A stretch of DNA of 55,163 bases, counting the filler, from Bipalium vagum (lineage: Eukaryota), in the NCBI GenBank assembly GCA_037834085.1. It is 3 parts of 3 records of this genome, joined end to end, with 100 filler letters (N's around TTAATTAATTAA, not from the genome) between each part and the next. Parts side by side here need not be neighbours in the genome. Positions count along the whole stretch, not along the records: positions 34,575 to 55,163 come from JBBMKC010249822.1; 2 more parts are not named here. One strand, written 5' to 3'. The notes below the pieces were generated by a model. The model searched no databases and was not told where the DNA came from. It saw only the letters and a program-made list of their open reading frames with translations. Below, piece by piece: positions 36,601-51,054 of this stretch. A program made the position numbers and the translations under genes. Within the stretch, counting starts at the first letter, position 1. Every line of letters begins with the position of its first letter.

Positions 36601-39497
36601 ATTATCGTTCATAACTCTTTGCATTTCAATATAATTTTCTTTTCCTAATTTGTTTTATTATAACATTTTGAAGCTGCCACATAAGTTATTACGAGACTAC
36701 CATGGCTGGATATTGAGATTTATATGATCCATGAAAAAGATTGAGTCTAACTACATATAGGAGAATATATATACATCAACAAATGAGATTTCATTTTTAT
36801 CTCTAAAAGATTTTTTTAAAGAAGAGCTGTTGAATGATGATCTCCAGACCATTTTCCGTGAAAATGAAACTTGAAACCGGAAACATGAGCATAAGAGCCA
36901 AAGCGCAACACTTGATATTTATTCAAGTTGCATAAATCATAGTCAAATCAATAAAATGCATACAAATGCTCAACGTAACATTCATTCAGCCTCTTGACCG
37001 ACATGAACGATGAATAATAGTCCCATGACAAAATCAAACAAAATTGTTGATGGTGGCATTGATCGGATCATGCGGTATCTGATTATTTTGTTGTTGCAAC
37101 AGATTCTGTTCACATTCCAAAAAGAATCTACAAGTCTCATTTGCCTGTACGACTGTGTTTGTACAACCGTGTCAGCATGCATTTGACTGTGTGTACGTTT
37201 GTATGCATCGCTACATGCATGAACCAGATCATTTTAAAATCCATTTCTATCATCGTTTATTTGGGATAAGATCAACTGACAAATTTCGATTTCTTTTTGA
37301 AGGTTTATGATATTTTTCGAAATTTAGCCTTTCTCATCTTTCTTATTGTGACTTTATTGATTCGAATTTAGAAAAATCAGGTTGGTGGATTTTTATTTGT
37401 TCATTGATTTTAAGTTTTTGATGAAATTTGTTCTGGCAATTTATTTGTAGTCATTTTTCATTAAACGTTTTTGCTGTTATTTGTTTTGAATATTTTTTGT
37501 GAAAACTTTATAAATATGAATAAATGATAAATATAAATAACCTCTTAAGCTATATAAGTATATTAAAGTTCCAGAGAAAATCTTAGAAAATCAAACATTT
37601 GTTCATCATACAATTTCATTTCAATTTATCAATTTTGAATAAATCAAATGGTACGTTGCTAAGGAACAATGGTTTTGGTAGCTTACGTGTAATTTATCAA
37701 TTTAAAAGACTAGGCTTTGTTAATAATAATACTAAATATTATTATTATTATTTAAATGTGTTTTACATGTTTATTTTTTTAACATTATTATTTACCATTT
37801 TTTCTTTTTTACTGTAAATTTGAATATTATATTTTAATGGTTTCATATTGAAAATTTTTCAAAAAATTACCAGGTTAACATTAATAATAATAAATAACAG
37901 TTAGCAATAATCCGGAAAAAAATCTTGCTATAAAGGTTGGGGTTTTAATTTCATTTCATTGTAAAAAATCTATATCTGAAACGTTTTCATGAATCTCGTT
38001 TTTAAATAAAGAATTTCAGTGTCCCATTTGGGGCTAGAACCGTTTGAATATCCTCAAACTTATTTCTGTTGAAGTTTTCAGATAAAATTTTGTAAGAAAA
38101 CCATTTGGAATTCAACATGTAATGGTGAAAGTGTCAACAGTGTTAATAGATGAACGAAATGGCATTTTTAAATTAATAATGAAATTATGTTGATAAAGAA
38201 CTGAGTACGATTTTGGTGTAAATTTCTTCTGTTTTCTTTTAATAATTTAATTAAAGTTATAAAGTAAAGGTGCGCTTAAAAGTGAAAATTCCAAAGGTCC
38301 CTTTAAACTACAGTGATTTTTAAGAGAAAATATAAAATAAAAGACTTACAAAGAAGCCAACTCTTACCTATAAATATTATACTCAAAAGGCTTTGGTTGA
38401 TATTGAAAATATTTATGCATTTACATTGAAAAAATGTTCTTGGAAAAATCCTATTGGAACAAAACCAGAATCTTTTGTTATTTCGGATTCATTATTTTTA
38501 TTCTTCATCATTTCGAATTCAACTTGGAATTCAAGAAAGTGTGAATGGCATGGTGAAAATATTTTGAAATAATCAGTTTATATTCATTTTAAATAAGATA
38601 TCCTTAAAGTCGATAAAATATCGTAAGCTGATATTTTCTTCTCTTTTGGGAAAAGAGGCTCAATTAGATTTCCTTATTTGACTCAGTGGAGAGTTAAGAG
38701 AGTAATTGAAAAATGCATTAAAAAATTCCCATTTCTAATTTTACTAAAAATGCTATCAATAAAGCAAGTGAAGTCACCTGGTTACGAGTTATTAGGGTGA
38801 GTCTAGGTAATTTCGTTTGGAGTATTTCAAAAAATGTAATTATGAATTAATTATAAATCTTCAACATTGATGTTATTTATTATTTTTCAGGTTTCGACTT
38901 TATTTCGACACTGACTAAACTGTTTAGGAAAATCTTCATATTTCGATTAAATTATTGTCATTATCATCTATTCTTGTCGTTTTTCGGTTTTAAATCCGTG
39001 TCCTTAAGTGAGTTTTGTATTACTGATTTTATCTACTATATACAGTGTATTATAATATATTAACGATCTGATTGCTTTAATCCTTATTGTTCGAATATCC
39101 TGTAATTTCTAAGTAATAAAAACCCAATTTTGTTTTTATTGCTGTTATGTTTCCTTTAGTTGTTATGAAGTTATTATTAATAAATAATATATATTATTGC
39201 TCTCTAAAATTATCAAATATGAAAGAATTAAGTCTTATAGATAACCCTCAAGAAATTAGTAAATAATTGGTCGAATATTTATTTATTTATAAAGCAAAAC
39301 TTCTTATATTACCAAATAAAGGAAAATGTGATTTGATTTTGTCTTAGTTTTGTAAAATTAAATTTTTTTTTTAAAAATTGTAAAAAAATTATTTATTAGT
39401 ATTATTTTATATATCATAATTAATATTATTTATTTTATTATTGTTATATTTTTATTTGTTGGTTTTCATTTTCTAGTTAATGACCCTGTAGTGGCAT

Positions 39498-42400
39498 ATG
39501 GACTCGGATTTTTCCTTCTCATATAAGCAATTACCAAATAAAGTTTATCCGTATTATTTAAAGAAACCCATAGTTTTTTCAGACTCATTAAAAAATTCTA
39601 GTAAACCTCCAAATAGAAAATTGCAATATTCTTCAAAAGTATTTTTAAAATTAAACCCTTTTATTATCATGGAATTATTTCTTTAGCCATTTGTAGTATA
39701 TTCTAAGCAACCTCACAAAAGTCAAATCAAAGAATCCACTATGAACCAGCTCGCTCCACGATTTCAGCAGAGAGCACTGTATTCACAGCATTATCGAACT
39801 GATTATGATACCTCCTGGAGAGCTAATCTACTGGCAGCAACATGTAGATCAAAATTATTTACCAGAGTTGAAGAAGATAATTTAAATAACAAATTTTGTA
39901 ATCTTGGAATTCGGTTAGAGCCTGAAGGGGCCCCTTCTACAAAATTCGATGAACGTGAACAGTCGTCCTCAATCACAGATTTTGATAAAGTACTAAATGA
40001 AGAAAGCGTTTTATATTCAGACTATGGCTCAGATAGCGAAGAACTCCCTGGAGTTGACGATTCAAAATCGTGTAAAGATTCAGAGGAAAATGTTCCAAAT
40101 TCTTCTTGGTCAACTGCATCTTTAATCACACATGCGTTTAATATGGCAAATTGTAATAAAGTAACAGTAATGTCTTATGCAGTAATCGGAGCTGAATTAC
40201 ATTCTATTGCTAAATTATCTACATCAAAAACGGAAATGGACTTAATCAAAATATCCTTAAGAGCTCAAAAATTATCAGAAAATATAGACAAGGCACGTAA
40301 AAATCTCAAAGAAATAGCATTGGGCTTAAGAGATTGTAAACAAGACCTGAAGGCAAAAAACAAAAAGTAAATTCCTAATTAATTTTTTCTTATTTATTAA
40401 TTTTATTTAATATTCCAAAGATCAAATGAAAAATATTTGTTACTTTTAAAGTTATTAAAATTAAAATTTTTTATTATTTTTTAATAAATATTATTAAAAT
40501 AATTTTTCTTTAATACAAATAAATAAATAAATTTTATTTTGTACATTTCTTAAAATATTGATTAAAATCTTCAAACAGAATTGGTGCTTCTTTATTTTAA
40601 AAAACTATTTATTGAAAATCGATTTTAATATTTATTTTATTTATAAACATTTTTATTATTGATTAATTATTATAAATTAGAACTCTTCGCTATTAAAAAT
40701 AACTTTCTTTTCTTAAAAATCAATAAAGCAACCTTCACTTTTATTTAATTTATTAATTCATCTAGAGTATATCGATTTACATAAATTTGTTCTTGACTAA
40801 TGATCAATGTATAATTAGTGCATATTTTATATATGCCCAAACTAGGATCTTCGAAAACATCTCTAGCTTTTGAAAAGGATGCTTTACAAAATAATTTTTA
40901 TCTGCTTACATTTTTGTTTTACTATGTTAGTGATACAAGGATCATCAATCATATAGTTGTTTTTTACTTAAAATACTTTTTCTATCATATGATGTATTTC
41001 AAAAATGAGTACATTTTATTTTAATAATAAAACATTTTCAAAGTTTGAAAATATATATTTCGTTCGAAATTACAAGCATCGGTGGTTTCGGGCTTGTTGA
41101 AATATACTTTATGTTTGGCATAATTTCGAAGAAAGAAACATAATCTGGTCAGTTCAAAAAATCTAATGGTTGATTCCCACCATTCCCTATGAGATTACAT
41201 TTTTTGTAATGCTGTATGCATTTCTTGGTAGAATGTCATGCTTCAATGTCTTATTGAAACCATTTATTATTCTCGTCAACATTATCTTTTTAAGTCATAA
41301 GACATTTATAATCATCTTTTCAATAGATTTTCATTTAAATCATACAACGCTCTAATTTCTTCACTTTTCCGATTTACTTTATAAGGTAAATTATTTTTAA
41401 GTCAATATCCAGTTCTTGTAAAACTAAACGACTGGTTATCCGCGAATCAGCTTTGATTACAACAGCTATTAATTAGTCCTTATCAAGCAATATTTATTTG
41501 ATTGCTTTCATTTACACTAAGAAACTTTCTACACCACCACTTCAAAGAACTTACCAAGTAAGTTCCATAGTGATACCTGCTCCGAAAACATTCAACTGCT
41601 TTTGTACCTAATGTTAACTAACACTAAAAATTGATATATTTAAGTATTATTACAAGACTACTTGAACAATATCAAAACAACAATTTGCCTTACATTTAAA
41701 TAATACTACCCATTATTAATTACGCATTAAATTCCTGACATTTGATTTATCCATTGCCATTTGGAATACTAAAATGATTATCTTATAATTTTACGAATAT
41801 ATTGAAAATATTTAAAATTCTTGTTACAGGATTTCAAATACAACTGAAAAATCCCATAAACATTCCGCTCCGATCACAATGCCAAAATCAGATTTGTCTT
41901 TCAATTCCCAGGATGAAACCAGGAGATTTCATAAAAGGAAGTCAGTGGCATTATTAGAAAAAGTATTGGTTTAAACTTTATTTATTAAAAAATAAATACC
42001 TAGAATGAAAATATAATATAATTATTATTTATTAATTTTGAATTTATAGTTTTGTTGACTTGTATAAAAATAAAAAATTATCTAACTGGGCTGAATAAAC
42101 TGTCAATTATTTGTAAAAATATTTCCTTTTTCTTTTTGAATCATTGCAATACTAGATTTTTTAAAGATATAAATTCATTTTAAAAAATATTTTTTCTTAT
42201 AAAATTAAAGTTTAAATAATCGTCTTTTGTTAAATATTTCTTAAAAATTAATTCTTTTGTGTTTTTAAACTGCCTTTTTAAGAGAAATAATATAACCTGG
42301 AATTAATTAATTTAAAAAATTATAAATATTGGAAATATTTTTCTAATAATTCTTTATAAATAATTTCACATAATTTTTCATTTATATTAACCTCTAAAAA

Positions 42401-45400
42401 ATAAATCCAAGGATAAATTTTGTTTAAAAGACTACATAATTCCGTATTTTGGATTCATTTTTCAGAAATGTTTAAATGCTTTCATATTTTTTTAAAATTC
42501 CCTGCGAAATTCATAGCGAATACAGTATCGAATAAAGAATTCATAGTTTCTATATATAAAATATATCTAAATATAGATTATTAATAAATTAACAAAACAA
42601 ACCGATAAAATGCTTTAAATAAGATAATTAGTAATCAAGATTATATTGAAGAAATACTTTTAATAAAAACACTCTAAAACCTATTTCTACAACTAATATT
42701 TTCTTATATTCAGACAGAATAAGAGAATTTTTGATAACCTACTTCTCTGTATAAAATACCTTCGTTTTAGACACATTCAATTATTAGATTATGTAATTAT
42801 CAATATTTTTTACAATCCTTTTAATTTGAAGATCTAAAATCCCATGATCTTACCTTTCTGCCATTCCTATATTTTCACTACTGTAATTTGAAAGTCATAT
42901 TTCTCTCCTGTATATTATACTAATATGTTCAAAATTTTCAAAAAATATAAAATAAGACGAAAAATAATTTTTATTCCTTAAAGTTTATATTTTCTTCAAA
43001 ACTTTACATAAAAAAGAATGTTTTTGTAGTTTTTCAATTATCCATAGTTATTTTTAATGTATATTTTTTTGAATCAGGCTCCTCGTGGAAATTTGGTTAC
43101 CTTCTTTGATTTTATTCAAATTTTTTCTCATGCAATAATAATAATATTTACAAATTCACTTTTCCAACTTATAAAATCACTTCATTAAGTAACTTGTATT
43201 GGTTTCGGTCTGTATATATTATGAAATTCTTTTTCTAATTACTTTATGTAATTAAATATTAAAGAGGTATAATGATTTTTATTTCGTGTCTTGTGAAATC
43301 AGCAATTAACCATAAAAAGAATTTTTTAAAAAACCAAAAATATTATAAAAAAAGGAGAGAAATCTAAAATTCGTCACAGCATAATTTCTCTTGTAAAGTT
43401 TTGGAATTTTCTTTAAAAAAGAAATTTTTAATTTTAAAAATTAAAATAAAATATTAAAAGTGAAAACTCTAAAAAAAATATAAGGTTATTTCAATTTTAC
43501 AGAAGAGTTAAAAGATGATTTGTTTTATTAATACTTTTCGGGTTTCCAAAAAACTACTCAATTGAAAATTCCCGGAAAGGTGAAATAAATAAAAATTACA
43601 AAAATAATAATTAGTATTATTAATTTATTGATTAATTGAAATTGAATATTAATTTATCATTCTTTTGAGCTTTTTTTATGCATAAATCAATAAAATTTTT
43701 TTAAAAAAATATTAAAAAAATATATTTAATATTGAACTTTGAATACATAGGTTTTAAAAAAAACAAAACATAATTAATCCCAATAACAGCTATGCGATTC
43801 AACACACTTTATACAACAAGAGAGAAGTATTTATTTATATAATACATTTATTTCCGTTGAGTAAAATTTCGGAGTTCTCAATTGACGAAGTTGTTTAAGG
43901 GGTTTTGGTATCATCCGGATTTATAAAATATCTTTCCTTCAAGATGTTTTGCAAATATTTAAAGAAATGTTAATTAGTAAACAAAATGACTGGCGACGAG
44001 TATAGTGGATGAGTTAGGGTTTCTTGTACCAACTAGTTTAATTTCTGTTATATCGATTGTACCACATGAGGCTGAGGATTATCATGAAGAATTGGTCCTT
44101 TCCTATTGATTAATAATGGCTGTTGACGAAGTTTCAAGTGCATTTCGTTGATTTCATAACAATATTTCTATGCCATAAGGATTTCAGCGGGTTTCAGATA
44201 ATGTGACCAGCAGCAGACCACTAAACAATAACTATTAACAGTTTGTGGGGGACCCAAACGTCTAGTTTAATAAATTTCACAATTTCCTTCAAATGGTGTA
44301 AAATGGCTGTGTGACTGACGCCAAACTTCTGAGCTAGCTCTTGTGATGTCATATGTGCATCAGCTTCCACACATGAGCGCAAGAGGTTATTGTCGTTAAT
44401 GAATGACCACTCTTGAACTTTTTGAACCAATCAAAGGCTGTACGATGACCAATTGTATCTTCTCCAAATGCTTCGTTCTGGCATCGCTTCGCGACTGGCT
44501 TGTGTTTATACCGGATTTGAAATCATATAATAAAAACATACGCAATTGTTCGTGAGATAAGATGATTTTATCAGCCATATTGGATATTAAAATGTGCGCT
44601 AAAATAAAAAGTAATATTTCAAAATATATATCTATATTTAAATCAATTAGTTATAAATAATTTTAAAAAAGCATATAACAAAATAGTGCGAGAACTTTGT
44701 TTCCAACCTAATATAACCTTCTTTTGATGTGAATTTGGTTTTCAACAATAATGTGCAGATTTATTATGGTCTAACCAGTGAACTTGAGCGACGCCGGTTG
44801 TCATATATAATTCAATTTTCATTACACGTCATATGATCGAGGAGAAATGAAAAAAATGAAAGAAGGCGCAGCTTCAAATAGATGATTTTTCTGGTTTTAT
44901 TCAATGATGATGAATCCAATTGTTCAAATTTTTTGATTTAACAATTTCTAACAAGTGGTTTCAAGTTGTATCAATACTGACATCCATCTCTTCTGCAAGT
45001 TCTTGAACCATTGCACATATATTAACCTCCATCAAAGCCTTCAATTTCTCTTTTTCGATGATAGTCTTTCACTCAAGACCTTCGTCATCCTCTCCATATA
45101 GAATTTTTTAAAATCAGTGTTGAAGCTTAAGTTTGTTGTTCCCTCTTCGAATACATTGTTGATATTACGACTGGCTTCCGTTCTTTTGTGGCTCAGTTTA
45201 AATTTGTATAAGAAGATTGTGCATAATGTCTTCCTTTCCTCATTAAGTTATAATTATTAAATATTTTACATTAAAAGAAAGATTATAATGAAATGTGTGC
45301 TTTAAAATGATACATAATAAAGCAAAAAATATTTTTAAAAAGGTAAAAATGTGGTGGCAAATAAATTGTGACTGATAAAAAACGACATTATTTTTTGAAC

Positions 45401-48400
45401 AACCTAATAGAATGACTATAAAATAATGATTATATATTAATAATTAATTATATATATTAAAAAGTTAATGAATGAAATGATAACTCGGAATAACCATACA
45501 CTAAAATTAATATTTCAGTCTGTCGACATCAATTATTAGTAAATTATAATTATTAAAATAATTAATTTCATTAATATTTCGAAACCGGTTCTCGGGCCAA
45601 TGCTAATTACAATCTGGTAAAATGTTTGTAGACATCTCTCATTATAAATCTGAAATGTAATGACATAAAATCATTAAAAATTGCTCAGCAGCAGAAAACA
45701 AAGTTTGAGAACTTGATCAACACCTTTCAGTTTTTGAGGAGTTTTTGTGACTGAAACTCTTGAGACAATAAATATTCATAACAGATAGGTCGTCTCATTC
45801 ACAATAGCCTTTACTTCCAGATATCTCGCTGTAATATTTAATGAATATTTAAATAGTTCAATTAATTTTGTAATTGCTTATCTTGTGATAACAGATTTTG
45901 TAACTAAAGTTATTTTATTTTTAGAAAAATATTTCTTTTTTGTAAATTTTCTTATATATTTATACTTGATTTTCGGTTTCTTTAAAAGGAAGATAAATAA
46001 ATGTAAAAATCCAAAAAATTGCGCTTTTTAACATTTCATTTTAAACTGATAAGACACACTTGTAACAATATTTTTGCAATTTAAATAAGACCCATTCGAT
46101 CATACACTTTTTTCCAATAGAAACAATTTTATTTAATTCTGCCGAAAATTTTATAATTTCGGAAATTTACGAAGCGGTTGGAGGCAGTTATTACGTTTTT
46201 CCAGTTTCTAAAGTTTTTTTCAAATAAGAAATTAGCCAACTGCCTGAAAAAATGAAAGTATAAATGATAAATTCATTAATTACCTTTGATTTCAGCTATT
46301 AGTTAATTGTTACCAAACAGGGATGGATCTAGTACCAAACAATGTTGTACCTTCAACTAAAGCATCATTTATTGTCATGCTTGCTTCACCGGGTTTATGA
46401 CTAATATTAAACAATACTGAAAATCAAATTATATTCTTTGATATGATTTTCAGAACCTAAATTTAATAGAAAATATATGGGTGGATCAGATTTAATATCA
46501 CTAAATCAATTTTAATCTCTAAATGTCAAAATAAAATCCCCAGATTGATATTTTTAAATATATTGTTAATATATTCAACTAAACGAATAGTGGGGTTTTA
46601 AAATTTTGAGTCATCTTTACCCTTATTAATGGTTATATAATATATAATGAAAGAAAAATAATTAGTTCAACAATTAAACTTTGTTAACAATACACAACGA
46701 TCAATACAATTTTCAAATGTTGTACATCCACCAATTCCTGTTATTCGAAATCAAATAGATCAACTGTTACTCGTAAATATATGTATATATATACACTAAG
46801 TTAAGATCAAATAATGATATCAATGTCAATAAGAATCAATAAATATCAAACTAAAATCAAAGAAATTATTCAATCAATAACAACAATGAAAGGAAAAGTA
46901 ACTGAAAGAGAAAGACAATATATGAGCCCTTACCCAAAAAAGTGATTTCTACCAAACTATCTAAAATGATTGAATTCCATCGAATCGCTTGATTCTCCAT
47001 TGAAAAAAATTGCAAAAATACAACATAATAGAATAAAATATATCCGTAAAATATTCTAATCGTAGAATTCTTTGTAATTGAAAAGGAAAACTGCGCTTCT
47101 AATCCAAAAATCTTCGACAAAAACGGATCTTCTTGAAATATAAGTTTCTGGGAAAATCAATTCAAAAATCGTCAACAAAAAAATTCTTCTTGCTAAATTT
47201 CTGGGTAAATCTCCCATATTTACCACTCCTTATATAAGCTCGCCCAGTGTTCTTTATTCGAGCAATGGTGTCTTAAATTGGAAAACCTTCCAAAACAGTA
47301 TTCTGAATTTCTCTAAGTAACAATACCTTTCCAAACATAGCCATCACTCAGGAAATTCAGCACGTCAATAATTTTTTTTCAAAATTAAAAATATTTAATT
47401 ATTAATATTAGTATTTTATTAGTTTTATTATCCTTTTTGACCCTCCTTTTGGTCCTTTTTCAAAATTCCTTTTGGAATTGTCTGGCGTGAACCCAACAAT
47501 ATTTAAGTAATATAAAAATCACAATTTTTCTTTACAAACCTATGATAAGCTATTAGTAGATAATAAAAAATTATTTATGAAAAACACCTATTTCGAGGAA
47601 AATGAGCAATTAGCACCATCAATTGCGTTGATTTTGTATCTTTTTCTTTTCATTTTGTATTTTCTTTTTTAGCCGCCTCTGCTCATCTGTTCATATGTAA
47701 CAGAAAAAATAAAGATACTATTAATAGCAACAACAATAACAAAAGTTAGAACGTCAATTAATTTCTTTCAATTTTATTTTGAGTTAGATAATTTTTAAAA
47801 GAAATAATAACACAAATTACTTTATGCGTATTATTCAAAAATATCTTGCTTAAGAAATATGTTCTCTTCAATTGTTATTTTATTATTTTATTATTTGTGA
47901 AATCAATAAAATTATTTACCCGTCAATAATTGACTATTAAAAGAAAAGAAAACTCAAATAAAAATTGTTAGTTTGATAAATGTTATCAAATTGTTGTTGT
48001 GAAAAGCCTATCAAACCTGTCAAAGAACTGGGAAACACCAGCCACTATTCGTGATCTGAAAAACAATTGCTAAAATTGGAAATAATAAAAATCCTTAGTG
48101 ACAGTATGAAGTGCAATTTTCGAAAAAGATAGTTGCAGAAATAAAATTTTCAGAGTTCAGTCTCTGTAATACAGTCAAAAAGCGAACAAACAAAACAAAA
48201 CGATTGAATGAAAATACCGGGGAAAAAATTTATCTTTTATTGCTGGAGTGTTATGCTCAATACCATCGAGAAATGGTTGTTACAGATGAAATACTTTTCC
48301 AATAAGTAACCTCACGACAGCAATACTTTCCTCTAATGCCTTTTCGGTTAAAAAAAAAGTAAAGATTATTTCAAGCCCCCAGAAGCCTGAGGACGTCATT

Positions 48401-51015
48401 GTTTAGACTCTTTTATAAACAAAACTGAACTTGATAAAAATTCTGCTAATAATTACGTAAGAAATATTTTCGATGCGAGTGTGTTTCCTTGAGGCTGTCT
48501 AACATATTCAGGTTTATAGTCGATCCACTACTGAGATTCAGCCTCTTTAGATTTAATTAAAATGACATACTATTTTTGTTAATCCAATTTTTCAGAATTT
48601 ATCAAGTCAAAATAAGGGCCGTTGTATTCATGAAATTTAATGCACTGAATAATACCAGATGCTAATTCATGAGCCAAGATTTGTTCTAAGTTTCAAAAAT
48701 CGATACAGTCAAAAAATTACATTTTGCAAAGACTTGAATAACAAAGTGAACCTTTCACTGGACAATTATCATCGAACTTTTAGTGACACTAGTGAATTTT
48801 ATAATTCTATTTTTTTTCAGGGCATCAAAGTTTATGAAGCAATAACTTAAAACCACTCGAGAGAACTTAAGTAATATCCTTTAATTAATAATAAAATAAT
48901 ATTAACAATTTTTTAAATCAAAATATTTTTCATAGTCTAAAGTCCAAAAGTCTCGTCCAAAATTATCTTATAAATTAGTTACAAAATAATAAAAACCCGT
49001 CCTCATTTTCTTAAGGACAATTCTGGGAATTATCAAGCCTCATAGGGAAATGTAGAAGTCTTATTAAAATTATTCCCACATTATTTACCAAACGTCATGA
49101 TTGGTCAGCTTGTTATAGGACATTCTATAAAGGAGAGTTCAGTAAAATTTATTGCCAGACAAAATATTGAAGAGTTTTATTGTGTTTGTCTTTTATTGAT
49201 CAGGAAAGTTATTGCTGAATTTTGTTGTTGATCAAAATAATTATCGTTGAATAGTTTTTGGAACAACAAACTATCTGTTAAAGAAGATTATATCGTTTCT
49301 GTCTTACAGATATATTATTATATTTATGCAGCATCATAATTACATTTGGGTCCCCTAGAGTTCGGCGGTCGTCGAGCGAATCGTTGGGCTCGAATAACGG
49401 TCCGGGTACCAAGTGAACACTGTATTTCGGTTATTTATTTCATTGGTTTTTTACCCTTATGTATTGATTAATTAAATTTTTGTTAATCAACGGATTGTGA
49501 ATTAAATATTTTGAGCATGAATAAAAAAAATTCATTTTTTAATGTTCCGATTATTTCCGTTAGAATATGAATTCAACTAATAGCATAAGAGTCAGTTTGG
49601 AGTAGGGTTAATTTACTGATAGTATTAACAAAAAGAATTTGATTTATTTATTTATTAGTATTTTAAGGTATACATGTCAAAAACTTTCATTCATTAATCT
49701 TTTGATTGAATTACCAACCCCTCGTCTCTCCTTGTATGATAATTGATTAATAAAATAATTTATATTATGTTCAACGAATCTTGAAAGATTCAGTCCGTTA
49801 TCTATACTTTATATATTAGGTTTCAAACGACCAATTTGAGAGTTACAATCTTCCTAATTATTGTACCATTGACCGAAGACACAAATATTACAAAGACCCC
49901 CGAAACAAAAAACATGATCCGAATTTTATGAATCTTGACAGTGCAGAAAATTTACAACAAGTAATACCTTATTTTTATCTACAATTTTAAAATCTTTCAT
50001 TAAAATATTTGCTCAGACAAAAATGTTCTTACGAACTTTGCTTTATTTAGTGCTTGGAAATTTTGTTTTATAACAATGTGCTAAAAATCATCTCTGAACG
50101 TTTATTATTAAAATCTAAATTTAGAATTTTATTTATTTACAGACGGAATTATTTCCCGTACAAGAAATGAAGTTGAAATCTGTTAGTACAAGGTCTTAGA
50201 TGCATTTCCCTATTACTTGCCTTAGACATTTTAATATTGGTTGTTTTATTATCGATTATTAACATTAATACGTTTCAAACAAGTTTTTTTACTACACCAC
50301 AAATTGAAACTTTCAAACAATATTCCAACATGATTGTGTTCTTTAAAGCCTATTGTGATTCAGTGTTGAATTATTTTCGTTTAATATTGTAGAAAGTAAG
50401 GATTAGTTTTAGATAAGGTTATAATTTTTCCAATCTTCGGTTTAAAAGTTAAATATTAACACCCAACAATTCAATCATTTTTTATCTCTTCCTTAAAGTC
50501 CACACGGATAAATATTCGTCACTTTTTGAGTTTCTACTTCATTATTTTTGGTTTGGAAAATTTTTTATATTGACTTTGTTTATGACAATAAAATTGCAAA
50601 ATAGTTCCCAGTTGATAAATGCAGCTGATTTGATTTGAACACGAAAATGTCAGCAGGATTTATCAATTAAATTTTAGGTCAAGTGAATGAAAATACAAAT
50701 TAGAAAAATTATCAAATTTAGTGAACATTCAAGTTAAACAGTCTACATATTGATTATCTTAATTTATTACCATTCACAAAATTTTTCATGCATGAACAAA
50801 ATTAATTTTACTTTCCCTCAATATCGGAACTTTTTCATGCAAAAAGATCAAAATCTTTGAAAATCATTCTACACCATTGTATCCCACTTAATTGTTATGA
50901 TTCTTAATAAAAAGAGCAAAAAATAAACTGTCGCTAGAAATTATATTTTCTGTGAAATTACACAAAATACACATGAAAATTTTTTTTTAATTTTTATTTA
51001 CATTTATTATTATTA

Positions 51016-51054
<39 letters not shown>

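Noticed and set aside
38010-38560. Minus-strand fragments faintly resembling an alpha-crystallin/sHSP domain (EDIQTVLAPNGTLKF, FKRTFTL)
   Set aside because: The pieces could not be joined into a phase-consistent gene, and the similarity is too short to support.
41540-41610. Apparent minus-strand exon VQKQLNVFGAGITMELTW
   Set aside because: It lies within, and is explained by, a mariner relic.
46386-46407. TCACCGGG, matching the miR-36 family seed
   Set aside because: There is no complementary arm to form a pre-miRNA hairpin; the sequence fits better as part of a minus-strand exon.
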